Notes: a model not told the origin generated them from the sequence alone. A stretch of 64,000 nucleotides of DNA from Candidatus Magasanikiibacteriota bacterium (GCA_041674805.1 JBAYVA010000001.1:198612-262611); one strand, 5' to 3'; shown: positions 37,407 to 46,791, numbered from the stretch's first letter. A program made the numbers and translations.

Positions 37407-38360
37407 TTATCTAATCAATTCAGTCTTTATCTCATTATTATTTTTTAATAAATCTGGGTCGATAGTTCTTTCAAAGCAAACATTTCCAATACCATGATAC
37501 CAATTTTGTGAAGTTGAAAAAACAGGTGAACTATAATAGTAATCTGTTTTGCTGTTGATTTCATTTGGTTTCAATTCAGTTTTGAAATCAGCACAAAGTT
37601 CAAAAGTAAGATCAGATTTTACTGTGTATATATAGTCAGCTTGTGTTTCTGGATCTTTTGGAATGGTAAAACCTGTTATATCATTTTGTAAATCAGTTAA
37701 TTTTTCTGGTAGTACTTCTTTTTGTTGCCATTGATAAATTATTTGACTTTGAATACTACTCAAACCTTGAATTCTCGTATCATCAAATCTTCTATTTCTT
37801 TGTTCTTTTGGTGTTCCAACAATAAAGAAACCGGCAATAATACTTCCCAAAACTATTACAGATAAAACACTAGCTAAAATTTTTAGTATATTTGTTTTTT
37901 CAGTTGTTCTTTTCAAATCCCACATATAGTAGGCAAAGACTGCTCCTGCAACTAGTAAGACCACAAGTACTTTCATGAAGAATCTAATCGTAAGTTCTCC
38001 TTGTAAGAAGTTGTAAACAAAAGTCATAAGATCAATCACAATAGTAATAGCCGATAAAAATAATGTGAAATAGAGAAGCCATTTACGAAGTTTGAAATCT
38101 TTTTTTTCTGGCATTGCTTTGATATCTTTTTCTAGTAGCCAAGAAGTAAGTATAAAAGCAGGTATAGAGATAAACAAAACAGAAGAAGCCCAAGTGACAC
38201 TACTTGAAACATCAAGGTAATAATTCAAAGCATCTGGAAAAAGCTTGTTGACGTATTGAATTAGTAGTGTAATAAAAGCGATGATACTAAGATAAAAAGT
38301 AAAGATATTGAAAAGATGCAAGAAAACATCTTTTGGTGTGTTGTGGTTAGTTTGATTCAT
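37407..38360 (-). CDS. DUF5671-type membrane protein
   Basis: KDVFLHL...LRKWLLYFTLF...GELTIRF...GTPKEQR...DPET...FELCADF. Confidence 0.7.
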   Translation of the reverse strand: MNQTNHNTPKDVFLHLFNIFTFYLSIIAFITLLIQYVNKLFPDALNYYLDVSSSVTWASSVLFISIPAFILTSWLLEKDIKAMPEKKDFKLRKWLLYFTLFLSAITIVIDLMTFVYNFLQGELTIRFFMKVLVVLLVAGAVFAYYMWDLKRTTEKTNILKILASVLSVIVLGSIIAGFFIVGTPKEQRNRRFDDTRIQGLSSIQSQIIYQWQQKEVLPEKLTDLQNDITGFTIPKDPETQADYIYTVKSDLTFELCADFKTELKPNEINSKTDYYYSSPVFSTSQNWYHGIGNVCFERTIDPDLLKNNNEIKTELIR

Positions 38361-38576
38361 ATGATTATAATTAGATGAATTAAAGTTTGTCTATTTTTAG
38401 TATATCATTGAAATCCTTATAAGTATAGATTGTAATAAAATTTTTTTTTGATTTTATTATTTTTAGAGAATAAAATAAATATAAAGAGTTGAAGAACAAT
38501 CATTAATATTAAGACTTTACAATAATTTTTATTTTATGTTAATATATCAATATTAACATAAAATATTTTTTATAGT

Positions 38577-39335
38577 ATGAGAGAAAGTATACCAAGTCCT
38601 GAAAGTACAGGCTCTATGCCAAAAAGACATAATTTAGGTTCAACTCTTATGAGAGAAGTAAGTGTTGGTCCTGTAGAAACTTCGCTTTTTCAAAGAGCGG
38701 AGTGGATGGTGGAGTCTTCACAAATTCAAAAATATTTGGCTGATAGAATAGTGTATAGTGATAAATTGGCTGGAAAAGTGTCTGAAGGTTTAGCTATTGC
38801 TTGTATTGGTGCTGGCAAAGGTCATGAAATGGATGAAATAGATTCTTTGTTACCAGGTTCAAAAATTATAGGTATTGATCCTCATGATCATCATACACGG
38901 CCTGTTAAAAACAGATTGGATACTTTGGCAAATGATGCTACTTATTTATCAAAAAATGTTACTGCAGAAAATTTGGAGGGTGTAGAAGACAGCTCTCTTG
39001 ATGCTGTAACACTTTTTTTTGTTTTGCATCATATAGAGGAAGACAGACAAAAAAAAGTTTTTGATGAAATAAATAGAGTTTTGAAAGATGAGGGTATGTT
39101 GTTTATAGCAGAAGATTTAGTAGACAATGAAGCTGAAAGAAAAACTACTAAAACAAAAGATAGATTATTAAATATGGAAATAAAAAAAACAAGTCCTCAT
39201 AATTACAAGAGTAAAGAGGAATGGACAGAACTTTTTGCCAAACATGGTTTTGTTATGGTTGAAATTCAAGAACAAACACCAAAGAAAGTAAGACATGTTT
39301 TTTTTGTATTGAAAAAAAGGAAATTAGTAGTCTAG
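38577..39335 (+). CDS. Class I SAM-dependent methyltransferase
   Basis: CIGAGKG, IIGID, FVLHHI and EINRVLKDEG motifs. Confidence 0.85.
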   Translation: MRESIPSPESTGSMPKRHNLGSTLMREVSVGPVETSLFQRAEWMVESSQIQKYLADRIVYSDKLAGKVSEGLAIACIGAGKGHEMDEIDSLLPGSKIIGIDPHDHHTRPVKNRLDTLANDATYLSKNVTAENLEGVEDSSLDAVTLFFVLHHIEEDRQKKVFDEINRVLKDEGMLFIAEDLVDNEAERKTTKTKDRLLNMEIKKTSPHNYKSKEEWTELFAKHGFVMVEIQEQTPKKVRHVFFVLKKRKLVV

Positions 39336-39396
39336 TCTTGCATAGAAATAAAAAAAGTGTATAATATGTTTGATTTAGATAAATAATAAAAATAAT

Positions 39397-39927
39397 ATGT
39401 CAAGAAAAAACAAAGAACAATTAAACAAAATTGCATATGGTTTTGGTATAGCTTTGGTAGTGATTTTATTAGCTTTTTTGGCTTATCCAAAAGTATTTGC
39501 TAAGCAAATCTTAAAAAAAGAAGTAAGTGAAGTTCAGACTTTGGTACAAACTTTTGGTCAAAGATTACAAAATGTAGCACTTACCAATGTAGAAGAAGAT
39601 GAATTATCTTTAAACATTGAAAAAAATTATGGTGATCTAGTAACTTCTCCAATTTTATTGGTAAAGTGGTTGGCCAATCCAGAAAATGCTCCAGGTAAAT
39701 ATGTACCAAATGTTATTCCAGAAAGTATAGAAATAATAAGTACTGAAAAATTGAATGAAACAACTTATGAAGTAAAAGGGGAGATAATAGAAATTTATCC
39801 AGCCGATGATGTCAATGAAAAAGAAATAGCTGACAAAAAACCAATAACAATATTACTTGAAAAAGTAGACAAAAATTGGTTAATTGCTGATTTTATTTTG
39901 GAAAAAAATGAAAATGAAGTTGAATAA
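39397..39927 (+). CDS. Hypothetical membrane-anchored protein
   Basis: N-terminal TM; FGQRLQNV...W..NPENAPG...WLI. Confidence 0.65.
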   Translation: MSRKNKEQLNKIAYGFGIALVVILLAFLAYPKVFAKQILKKEVSEVQTLVQTFGQRLQNVALTNVEEDELSLNIEKNYGDLVTSPILLVKWLANPENAPGKYVPNVIPESIEIISTEKLNETTYEVKGEIIEIYPADDVNEKEIADKKPITILLEKVDKNWLIADFILEKNENEVE

Positions 39928-39960
39928 ATAATTTTACAAAAATAAAAAACAGACTTAAAT

Positions 39961-40464
39961 TTAAGCCTGTTTTTTTTGAAGTTGATTATTTTTTACAATT
40001 ATTTCTATATGATGGAAAAGATGAAAATCATTTTTATATACTTTTGTTACAGCATTTTTTAATTCATCATAGTTAATGAAATTATCCCAAATAGGGTATT
40101 CCATTTCTAATTCACGATTACGGTGTGTCACTAAAAATTTTTTTAAGTTTGTACTAGAGTCTTTTATCTCTGTTTCTTTGCCATATTTAAATTTTCTTTC
40201 GACATCGTTGAGCAATAGCATGATGACTTCATGGTCTTTTATTAAGACGGGGGTAGGTCCATTGTTTTTAGTAAAACCCATGTAGTTGTCAAATTTTGGG
40301 AAAAGAAAATCATTTTCTAATTGTATGTGAAATTTTAAGTGTTTAGAAAATTCTTGGAATATTTTTTCTGTTTTTGTACCATCATTTTTTTTTGATAAAA
40401 AATTACTCCAGAGTTTGTCAAGGCATTTATGATCAGCATACATAAATTTGGAAACAGCTGTCAT
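39961..40464 (-). CDS. Hemerythrin-like (HHE) domain protein
   Basis: DH...HIQLENDFLFP...DH...HRNRE...YP motifs. Confidence 0.8.
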   Translation of the reverse strand: MTAVSKFMYADHKCLDKLWSNFLSKKNDGTKTEKIFQEFSKHLKFHIQLENDFLFPKFDNYMGFTKNNGPTPVLIKDHEVIMLLLNDVERKFKYGKETEIKDSSTNLKKFLVTHRNRELEMEYPIWDNFINYDELKNAVTKVYKNDFHLFHHIEIIVKNNQLQKKQA

Positions 40465-40589
40465 ATTTTTAATTTCTTAATATTAATTTTATATTAAATT
40501 AAATATTTTGACAGGGTAGTGTATAGATGTATATTATTTTAGTATAGTATATTGTAAAATATTTTGCAAATGTAAAGTGGATAAAATTA

Positions 40590-40619
40590 TTGACGTTATT
40601 AATTCGCGGGTGCTATAAT
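40590..40619 (+). promoter_or_regulatory. Sigma70 promoter of the Ig-domain gene
   Basis: TTGACG-N18-TATAAT with extended TG. Confidence 0.6.
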
Positions 40620-40647
40620 AGAATTATACAAATTTAGTATGATATGT

Positions 40648-40683
40648 TCCCGACTAATTTATCCGCCTTGGGCGGAGTCGGGA
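40648..40683. repeat. Nested palindromes (TCCGCC..GGCGGA inside TCCCGAC..GTCGGGA)
   Basis: tcccgact aattta tccgccttgggcgga gtcggga; both families recur elsewhere in the window. Confidence 0.8.
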
Positions 40684-40848
40684 CAAGAGAACTTGATTTA
40701 CAATAATTTATCACTAAAACATATTTTCTTATATTTTATAAGTTTATTGCAAGATAGTTGATTATATATAATATAACTTTTGGCTTGGACAATTCAGAAT
40801 TGCTTAGACCAAAGGTCGAATATTTAATTTATGTATAATTATAATTAT

Positions 40849-42435
40849 ATGAAAAATACAATAAAAAAAGTTAAGGTACTTTCCTTAACAGCGGTGTTTG
40901 CTCTGTCGGCAAGTTTTGTGTTTTTGCCATTTTCGGTAAAAGCCGTAACTGTTGATAGTACTAACCCGACCGTAGCTATTACTTCACCAGCTCAAAATGC
41001 TGTAGTATCTGGTATGTCTTCGATAGTTGTCGACACAACTGATGCTTATTCATCGTGTGTGGTTACTTTGTTTGGTTCAAAATATGATGTTTCTCCCTTA
41101 CAAACTGATCATTCTGGAGGAAATCTATTTATTTGTGGTACAGACATGACTGCTATCTACCAATCTCAACATGGTACTAATCTGTCTCGTGTCGCTTCTT
41201 ATCTAATTCCTGCAAGTTATATTGGTGTTAACAAAGTAGAGTTTTATTTTGATGGTATGTTGTTTGGTACAGACATGACTGCTCCTTATTCATTCGATTG
41301 GAATACTGCTATTTTCGCTGATGGTATACATGCTTTAGCAGCTCGAGCCTATGATCAAGCTGGGAATGCTAGTACTTTTTCAATGGTAAATGTTACTATT
41401 GATAATACACCAGTAGATGAAGATCCTGTTATAACAAGCATAGCTTTGACACCAACAACATCTAGTATTTATGTAGGTAATACCGTACAATTGACAGCTG
41501 TAGCTCTAGATCAATATGGTAATGCTTTAGCAACACAACCAACCTTCGATTGGATGTCAAATATTACAAGTATTGCTATTGTGAATGCAACAGGTCTAGT
41601 TACTGGTGTTAGCTCAGGTTCTGCAACTATTACTGTTACTGATGATGTAAGTAATGTTAGTAAAACAGCTGTGGTCAATGTTGCAAATGTGGCACCAGTC
41701 ATAACAAGCATAGCTTTGACACCGACAACATCTAGTATTTATGTGGGTAATACTGTACAATTGACAGCTGTCGCTCTAGATCAATATGGTAATCCTCTAG
41801 CAACACAACCAACCTTCGATTGGATGTCAAATCTTACAGGTATTGCTACTGTGAATACTATGGGTTTAGTTACTGGTGTTAATATGGGTTCTGCAACCAT
41901 TACTGTTGTTGATGATGTAAGTAATGTTAGCAAGACAGCTGTGGTCAATGTTATGAGTACTCCACCTCCAGCAGTTATAGGTAAGATAAAAGTAGAAATG
42001 GAACATGGCAAAGCCGAAATTCATATCAAAGTAAATGGTATGGAAGATGAATTCAAAATGTATAATTCAACTAAAGCAGAAGTAGTAGCTGCTATTACTG
42101 CTAGAACAGGCTTGACTATTGAACAAGTTTTGCAAATAGCAGAATTTGATATGCACAATGAAAACGAACATGGTGATGATCAAAACAATGGACATGGCGA
42201 TGAAAATGGAAACGAACATGGTGATGATCAAAACAATGGACATGGCGATGAAAATGGAAACGAACATGGTGATGATCAAAACAATGGACATGGCGATGAA
42301 AATGGAAATGAACATGGTGATGATCAAAACAATGGACATGATGAAGACGAAGATGAAGATCGTGGTGAACGTCGTGAAAATCATGAACGTCGAAATAATG
42401 AAGACAATAATCACCATGAAAACAGTGATGATTAA
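40849..42435 (+). CDS. Secreted Ig-like domain protein (Big_7-like with cytochrome-b5-like insert, two Big_2-like domains, His/Asp-rich tail)
   Basis: Signal peptide; PTVAITSP...GVNKVEFY...APYSFDWNT...AYDQAGN; insert KYDVS...HSGG...CGTDMT...QHG; 270-bp duplication; (NEHGDDQNNGHGDENG)n tail. Confidence 0.85.
   Translation: MKNTIKKVKVLSLTAVFALSASFVFLPFSVKAVTVDSTNPTVAITSPAQNAVVSGMSSIVVDTTDAYSSCVVTLFGSKYDVSPLQTDHSGGNLFICGTDMTAIYQSQHGTNLSRVASYLIPASYIGVNKVEFYFDGMLFGTDMTAPYSFDWNTAIFADGIHALAARAYDQAGNASTFSMVNVTIDNTPVDEDPVITSIALTPTTSSIYVGNTVQLTAVALDQYGNALATQPTFDWMSNITSIAIVNATGLVTGVSSGSATITVTDDVSNVSKTAVVNVANVAPVITSIALTPTTSSIYVGNTVQLTAVALDQYGNPLATQPTFDWMSNLTGIATVNTMGLVTGVNMGSATITVVDDVSNVSKTAVVNVMSTPPPAVIGKIKVEMEHGKAEIHIKVNGMEDEFKMYNSTKAEVVAAITARTGLTIEQVLQIAEFDMHNENEHGDDQNNGHGDENGNEHGDDQNNGHGDENGNEHGDDQNNGHGDENGNEHGDDQNNGHDEDEDEDRGERRENHERRNNEDNNHHENSDD
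41431..41955 (+). repeat. Intragenic 270-bp tandem duplication (two Big_2-like domains)
   Basis: ATAACAAGCATAGCTTTGACACC starts at 41431 and at 41701; copies are near-identical. Confidence 0.9.
42160..42342 (+). repeat. 48-bp tandem repeat (about 3.7 copies) encoding a His/Asp-rich unit
   Basis: AACGAACATGGTGATGATCAAAACAATGGACATGGCGATGAAAATGGA repeated. Confidence 0.92.
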
Positions 42436-42503
42436 TTCAGAATTTAATCCGCCCAAGGCGGACAAGGTTTAATTTTAACTTATGTATTGTAAAAGGTCGA
42501 ACT

Positions 42504-42537
42504 AAAAACCTCTCCGAATTGCGGAGAGGTTTTTTTA
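42504..42537. terminator. Bidirectional intrinsic terminator
   Basis: AAAAACCTCTCCG-AATTG-CGGAGAGGTTTTTTTT. Confidence 0.85.
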
Positions 42538-42547
42538 TTTTTTGTAA

Positions 42548-43036
42548 TTATATTTTTTTCATCAAATCTATTGATTCATTTTTGAATCCCTGACTCAAAT
42601 AAAAATTATGAGCATTACTGTTTGGTGCGTAAACTTCGAGACGAAGTTGTTCACATTTTTTAGTTTTGAAATGTTTGGTAATTTCTGTCATTAGTTTGAC
42701 AGCTATATGTTTGCCACGATATTCTGACTCGACATATAATTCTAATATTCTCGCTGTTTTTAGTTTTTTCTTATTGCCTAAAACCTCACCTTTGTCCAAA
42801 GTTTCGATGATACCAGCCACGCAACCAATAATTTTGTTATCAAATTCGGCCAGTAAAATTATTCCTTTGTCTTCTTTTATTATTTTAAGTAAATACTTTA
42901 CATATTTTTTGCCATAATTTTTGTCACGTTTTAGTTTTTCAAAAGTATCGATAGAAACTAAATAATCTTGCAGACCTGCCATTAGTTTGATCAAATCTTT
43001 TTTGTTTTTGTCTTGAAATTTTAGAATTTTGAGCAT
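42548..43036 (-). CDS. GNAT family acetyltransferase
   Basis: ELYVESEYRGKHIAVKLM and NSNAHNFYLSQGF motifs. Confidence 0.88.
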   Translation of the reverse strand: MLKILKFQDKNKKDLIKLMAGLQDYLVSIDTFEKLKRDKNYGKKYVKYLLKIIKEDKGIILLAEFDNKIIGCVAGIIETLDKGEVLGNKKKLKTARILELYVESEYRGKHIAVKLMTEITKHFKTKKCEQLRLEVYAPNSNAHNFYLSQGFKNESIDLMKKI

Positions 43037-43044
43037 AATGTTTT

Positions 43045-43206
43045 TTAACTAAATAATTTAAAAACTAACCAGATTCCAAAAATTCCACCAATAAAAGTAC
43101 CAAGTACAGAAGAAAAGGAAAACATACTCGCACCAAACCAGACTGGCACATAAGCACCAATAGTACTACCAATTATCATACCGAGCATGACTAATTTTTT
43201 GTCCAT
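43045..43206 (-). CDS. 53-aa Gly-rich two-helix membrane protein (below the ORF-track cut-off)
   Basis: MDKKLVMLGMIIGSTIGAYVPVWFGASMFSFSSVLGTFIGGIFGIWLVFKLFS; fills the gap between NUDIX (4-nt spacer) and GNAT (8-nt spacer). Confidence 0.8.
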   Translation of the reverse strand: MDKKLVMLGMIIGSTIGAYVPVWFGASMFSFSSVLGTFIGGIFGIWLVFKLFS

Positions 43207-43210
43207 ATTA

Positions 43211-43654
43211 TTACAATTTATTTTCTTCTACAAAATCTTCTGTTTTGACAGATTGGCTTATGTCACGTAAAAAACATTGTTCTTGCATCGCTAGAACATC
43301 TTTGATTCTTTCCAATTTTGAAGGTGCTGTGTTTGGAGGAATGTTTTCTAGAGAAAAATATTGGATGTCATCTGCTTCACGTGTGTGTTTGATTTCGCCA
43401 CCAATTATTTTACAAAGAAACGTGAAAACCAAATCTTGTCTTTCTGGTCGGCTTCCCAGACTTACTATTTTTTCTACCTCTACTTGCAAACCTGTTTCTT
43501 CTTCTACTTCACGAATAGCTGCTTGCCAAGGTGTTTCATCTTCTTCCCATTTGCCACCAGGTATTTCCCAAAGATCATGATCTGTGCGATGAATCATAAG
43601 AACTTCTTTATTTTCGTTTAGTATTACAGCGTAAACGCCACTATTTATATTCAT
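43211..43654 (-). CDS. NUDIX hydrolase
   Basis: Nudix box GGKWEEDETPWQAAIREVEEETGL. Confidence 0.9.
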   Translation of the reverse strand: MNINSGVYAVILNENKEVLMIHRTDHDLWEIPGGKWEEDETPWQAAIREVEEETGLQVEVEKIVSLGSRPERQDLVFTFLCKIIGGEIKHTREADDIQYFSLENIPPNTAPSKLERIKDVLAMQEQCFLRDISQSVKTEDFVEENKL

Positions 43655-43736
43655 ATTAGTTGTTTAGTTTTTTATTCTTTTTATTATAACAAAAAACCCA
43701 GCTTATTCAAGCTGAGTTTTTGTAATTTAAAGTATG

Positions 43737-44771
43737 TTACTTTTTCCAAATAATTTTTGCAAATTTCCAAACATACTTAGCAACAAATAATACGATAAAG
43801 AAGTAGAGAAGATATTGTAAAATAGTCAAAACCCAAAGTACTAAGTTGATACTAATATCTTGCACAAGTTTGTTGGTGTCTGTGACAAAAGATTTTACAG
43901 CAATTTTCCAAGAATCTTTTAGATTTTGTCCATCGACAAATTTGTTTTCATAAACATAGACTGTGAAATAAGTATATTCCAATCTGTCTAACTGTTCAGC
44001 TTTGGAACGAGCTAGTCTATCAAGATTGGTTGTAATGTTTATTTTTTCTTGAGTCAATTTTTCGATGATTTGAATTTTACTATCAATGATTTTGGCTAGA
44101 GCATTGGCGTCTTGTGTCTTTGTTGCTACGTCAGTGATGCCGTCATACGCTTTGACAGCATTGTTCAGTGTAGATTCTATAGAAGCCAATTTTTTCTCCA
44201 AGATTTCTACTTCGCTCGTATAATCATTGATAACATTTTTGATAGTATAAACATTTTCGTTCAATTCTTTTGGATCAAGTTTTTTTATAATATCCAAGAT
44301 TTCATTGACGCTCGCAGTCTTTACTTTGAAAGTGTAGTTACAACTTTTTTCATATTTACTAACATTTTCAAAGATAACATCAGTACGAGATTTAAAATTA
44401 TTTATTTGATTGCAAGTATCTTCTAGGTTGCGTGTTTCAATATTGGCGTTGTAATTTTTTACTTCATAATTTTCTGCGTCGTCACCAGGAGTATTGTTGT
44501 TAGGTGATGGCATGATTTCTGGAGCTACATTTCTAGCAGACAAACTAGCATCTTCGGCGTAATATGAATTTGAGGATGCTTTACCAAGTGATATACCGTC
44601 TGAACTAGGGTAGGACAGACCCATATTATTAGATAATCCTGACTTGAGAGGACTGATAGAATAAGTGATAAGGCGGATTGCCAAAGCTATTACAGCGATG
44701 ACGACGATTGCCAGTCCGGCTAACTTGAGCACATTGGTTGGCTTGAAATTGAAATTCTCGGGGAATTGCAT
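43737..44771 (-). CDS. DUF4349-like membrane/coiled-coil protein
   Basis: N- and C-terminal TMs flanking a coiled-coil region. Confidence 0.6.
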   Translation of the reverse strand: MQFPENFNFKPTNVLKLAGLAIVVIAVIALAIRLITYSISPLKSGLSNNMGLSYPSSDGISLGKASSNSYYAEDASLSARNVAPEIMPSPNNNTPGDDAENYEVKNYNANIETRNLEDTCNQINNFKSRTDVIFENVSKYEKSCNYTFKVKTASVNEILDIIKKLDPKELNENVYTIKNVINDYTSEVEILEKKLASIESTLNNAVKAYDGITDVATKTQDANALAKIIDSKIQIIEKLTQEKINITTNLDRLARSKAEQLDRLEYTYFTVYVYENKFVDGQNLKDSWKIAVKSFVTDTNKLVQDISINLVLWVLTILQYLLYFFIVLFVAKYVWKFAKIIWKK

Positions 44772-44808
44772 ATGAGATTTATTTTAAATTAATTAAAATT
44801 ATTATTTT

Positions 44809-45738
44809 TTATGATACTAAGTAATTTAAAAGTGACATGGCTGAGTAAACACGAAATTCAGCTTGATCCAAAATTATTGATTGAGGACTATATATTACTT
44901 CTTTTGTTATTTCTCTGTCATAGTGTGCAGGTAAACAATGCATTATTACTAAATCTTTTTTATTACCTAACAAAGCATTGATGTCTATTTTATATTTACC
45001 AATATTTTTTTTCAAATAATTTTTGTTATCTTCCCACCATTCATCGACATAGAGAACGTCAGCTTGCTTGATAGTTTCTGTTAAGTTTTTTGTAATAGTT
45101 ATATTTCCATTATATTTTTTTATTAATTTATTTGCTTGTTCCCAGAAATCTTTATTTTTACCAATAAATTTTCCTGTTTCTGTTATCACTGATATTTTTT
45201 GACCTAATAACAGAACTGCGTAAATAAAAGATTCCATAACACCACTACCTTTGCTCGGACAAACACAAACATAATTCAAATCATTGTATTTTTTCTTTTT
45301 CCATTTTATGACTGACAAATCAGCCAAAGCTTGTGAAGGGTGTCCAATTTGACAAAAGCCATTTATAAATGGGGGATTGTTTTTTCTTTTGAAAACTTCT
45401 AGCATTTTTTGTGAATAATCACGCAAAACATAGGCATCGAGCATTCTATCAGCTGTTTCGATTATATCTTCATATGATTCTCTGGGTGTGCCATCTTTTT
45501 CATGTGTTAAATTGTGTATATCGACAAAATAGCTATCACCACCCAAAAGATAAATAGCCGTTTCAAAAGAAAGTCTTGTTCTTAGTGAATTGTTGTCAAA
45601 TAATAAACCTATCCTTTTTTTGTTTAGTTTCTTTGGAGTTAAGTTTTTATTTTTCTTGTATTTCAAACTCAAGTTAATTAGTTTTTTCCATTCATCTTGA
45701 TTGAAATCAATTACTTCTACTATGTTTTTGTGCTTCAT
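44809..45738 (-). CDS. Ornithine/aspartate carbamoyltransferase-family protein (atypical)
   Basis: SLRTRLSFE, HPSQALAD, HCLPA and QAEFR motifs; no DxxxSMG loop (DEWWED instead). Confidence 0.8.
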   Translation of the reverse strand: MKHKNIVEVIDFNQDEWKKLINLSLKYKKNKNLTPKKLNKKRIGLLFDNNSLRTRLSFETAIYLLGGDSYFVDIHNLTHEKDGTPRESYEDIIETADRMLDAYVLRDYSQKMLEVFKRKNNPPFINGFCQIGHPSQALADLSVIKWKKKKYNDLNYVCVCPSKGSGVMESFIYAVLLLGQKISVITETGKFIGKNKDFWEQANKLIKKYNGNITITKNLTETIKQADVLYVDEWWEDNKNYLKKNIGKYKIDINALLGNKKDLVIMHCLPAHYDREITKEVIYSPQSIILDQAEFRVYSAMSLLNYLVS

Positions 45739-45822
45739 ATTTTTTTATAACCTTTTTAATATTTTACACCATTTTGATAGATTTTGGCAAATAAAAAACC
45801 AGCTAAAAAGCTGGTTTTAAAA

Positions 45823-46791
45823 CTACCCAAGCAACACATTAAATAAATATCCCGTAAAAATAATACCTAGACCAACGACTGAAGCAAAAATAATGATTAG
45901 CTTTGTTTTCATTATTTTTTTCAAAATCATAAATTCTGGCAAAGATAGAGCAGTGACTGCCATCATAAAAGCCAGAGTTGTCCCAATAGCTACACCTTTT
46001 TCAGTCAAAGCGCTAATGAGAGGAATCACACCTGCTGCATTCGAATAGAGTGGTATGCCGACCAAAACTGCCAGCGGTACAGCATACCATTTGTCTGCGC
46101 CTGCATACTCTGCAAGGAAGTCTGCTGGCACATAGCCATGTATCCAAGCTCCAAGTCCAATGCCGATGATGATATAAATCCAAATTTTTTTTATAATATC
46201 CCAGGTATAATCTAGTGCATAGTTGTGTCTTTGTTTGTAAGTCATTTTTGGAAGTTGTAGATTGTTTTTTTGTTGATTTTTTTGAGTTATGTCAGTCAAC
46301 AAATTTTCTATAGGCAATTTGCCAATCAACATTCCTGAAAATATAGCGATAAGCAAACCGCTGACAATATAAATAGTAGCTACTTTCCAACCAAACATGC
46401 CAAACAAGAGGACAATAGCAACTTCATTTATCATGGGAGACGCCACCAAAAAAGAAAATGTGGCACTAAGTGGTACTCCAGCTTCGACGAAGCCTAAAAA
46501 AAGGGGAACAGCAGAACAAGAACAAAAGGGAGTGACTATGCCGAGTAGAGAAGCGAGAACATTGCTCACAAATTTATTTTTGTTGGACAAGAAATGTCGT
46601 ACTTTTTCGGGTGGTAAATAAGATCTAATAATAGAAACTATATAAATAATTACTATCAGCAATAAAAATATTTTTATAGTATCAAAAATAAAAAAATTTA
46701 GGCTACTAGCCAACAGTGTATTTGGTGAGATAGAGAAGACTTGATAGGTCAACCAATCAGCCAATAATTGTATAGGATAAAAGATGTTCAT
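45823..46791 (-). CDS. arsP: ArsP-family permease (DUF318)
   Basis: TPFCSCSAVP, FLVASPMINE, GIPLYSN and LSLPE motifs; in an operon with ArsR. Confidence 0.85.
   Translation of the reverse strand: MNIFYPIQLLADWLTYQVFSISPNTLLASSLNFFIFDTIKIFLLLIVIIYIVSIIRSYLPPEKVRHFLSNKNKFVSNVLASLLGIVTPFCSCSAVPLFLGFVEAGVPLSATFSFLVASPMINEVAIVLLFGMFGWKVATIYIVSGLLIAIFSGMLIGKLPIENLLTDITQKNQQKNNLQLPKMTYKQRHNYALDYTWDIIKKIWIYIIIGIGLGAWIHGYVPADFLAEYAGADKWYAVPLAVLVGIPLYSNAAGVIPLISALTEKGVAIGTTLAFMMAVTALSLPEFMILKKIMKTKLIIIFASVVGLGIIFTGYLFNVLLG

Noticed and set aside
42160-42342. CRISPR array from the 48-bp repeats
   Set aside because: Contiguous in-frame coding repeats with no unique spacers.
42067-42472. ORFs 42146..42472 (+) and 42067..42465 (-)
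   Set aside because: Alternative-frame shadows of the tandem repeat in the Ig gene.
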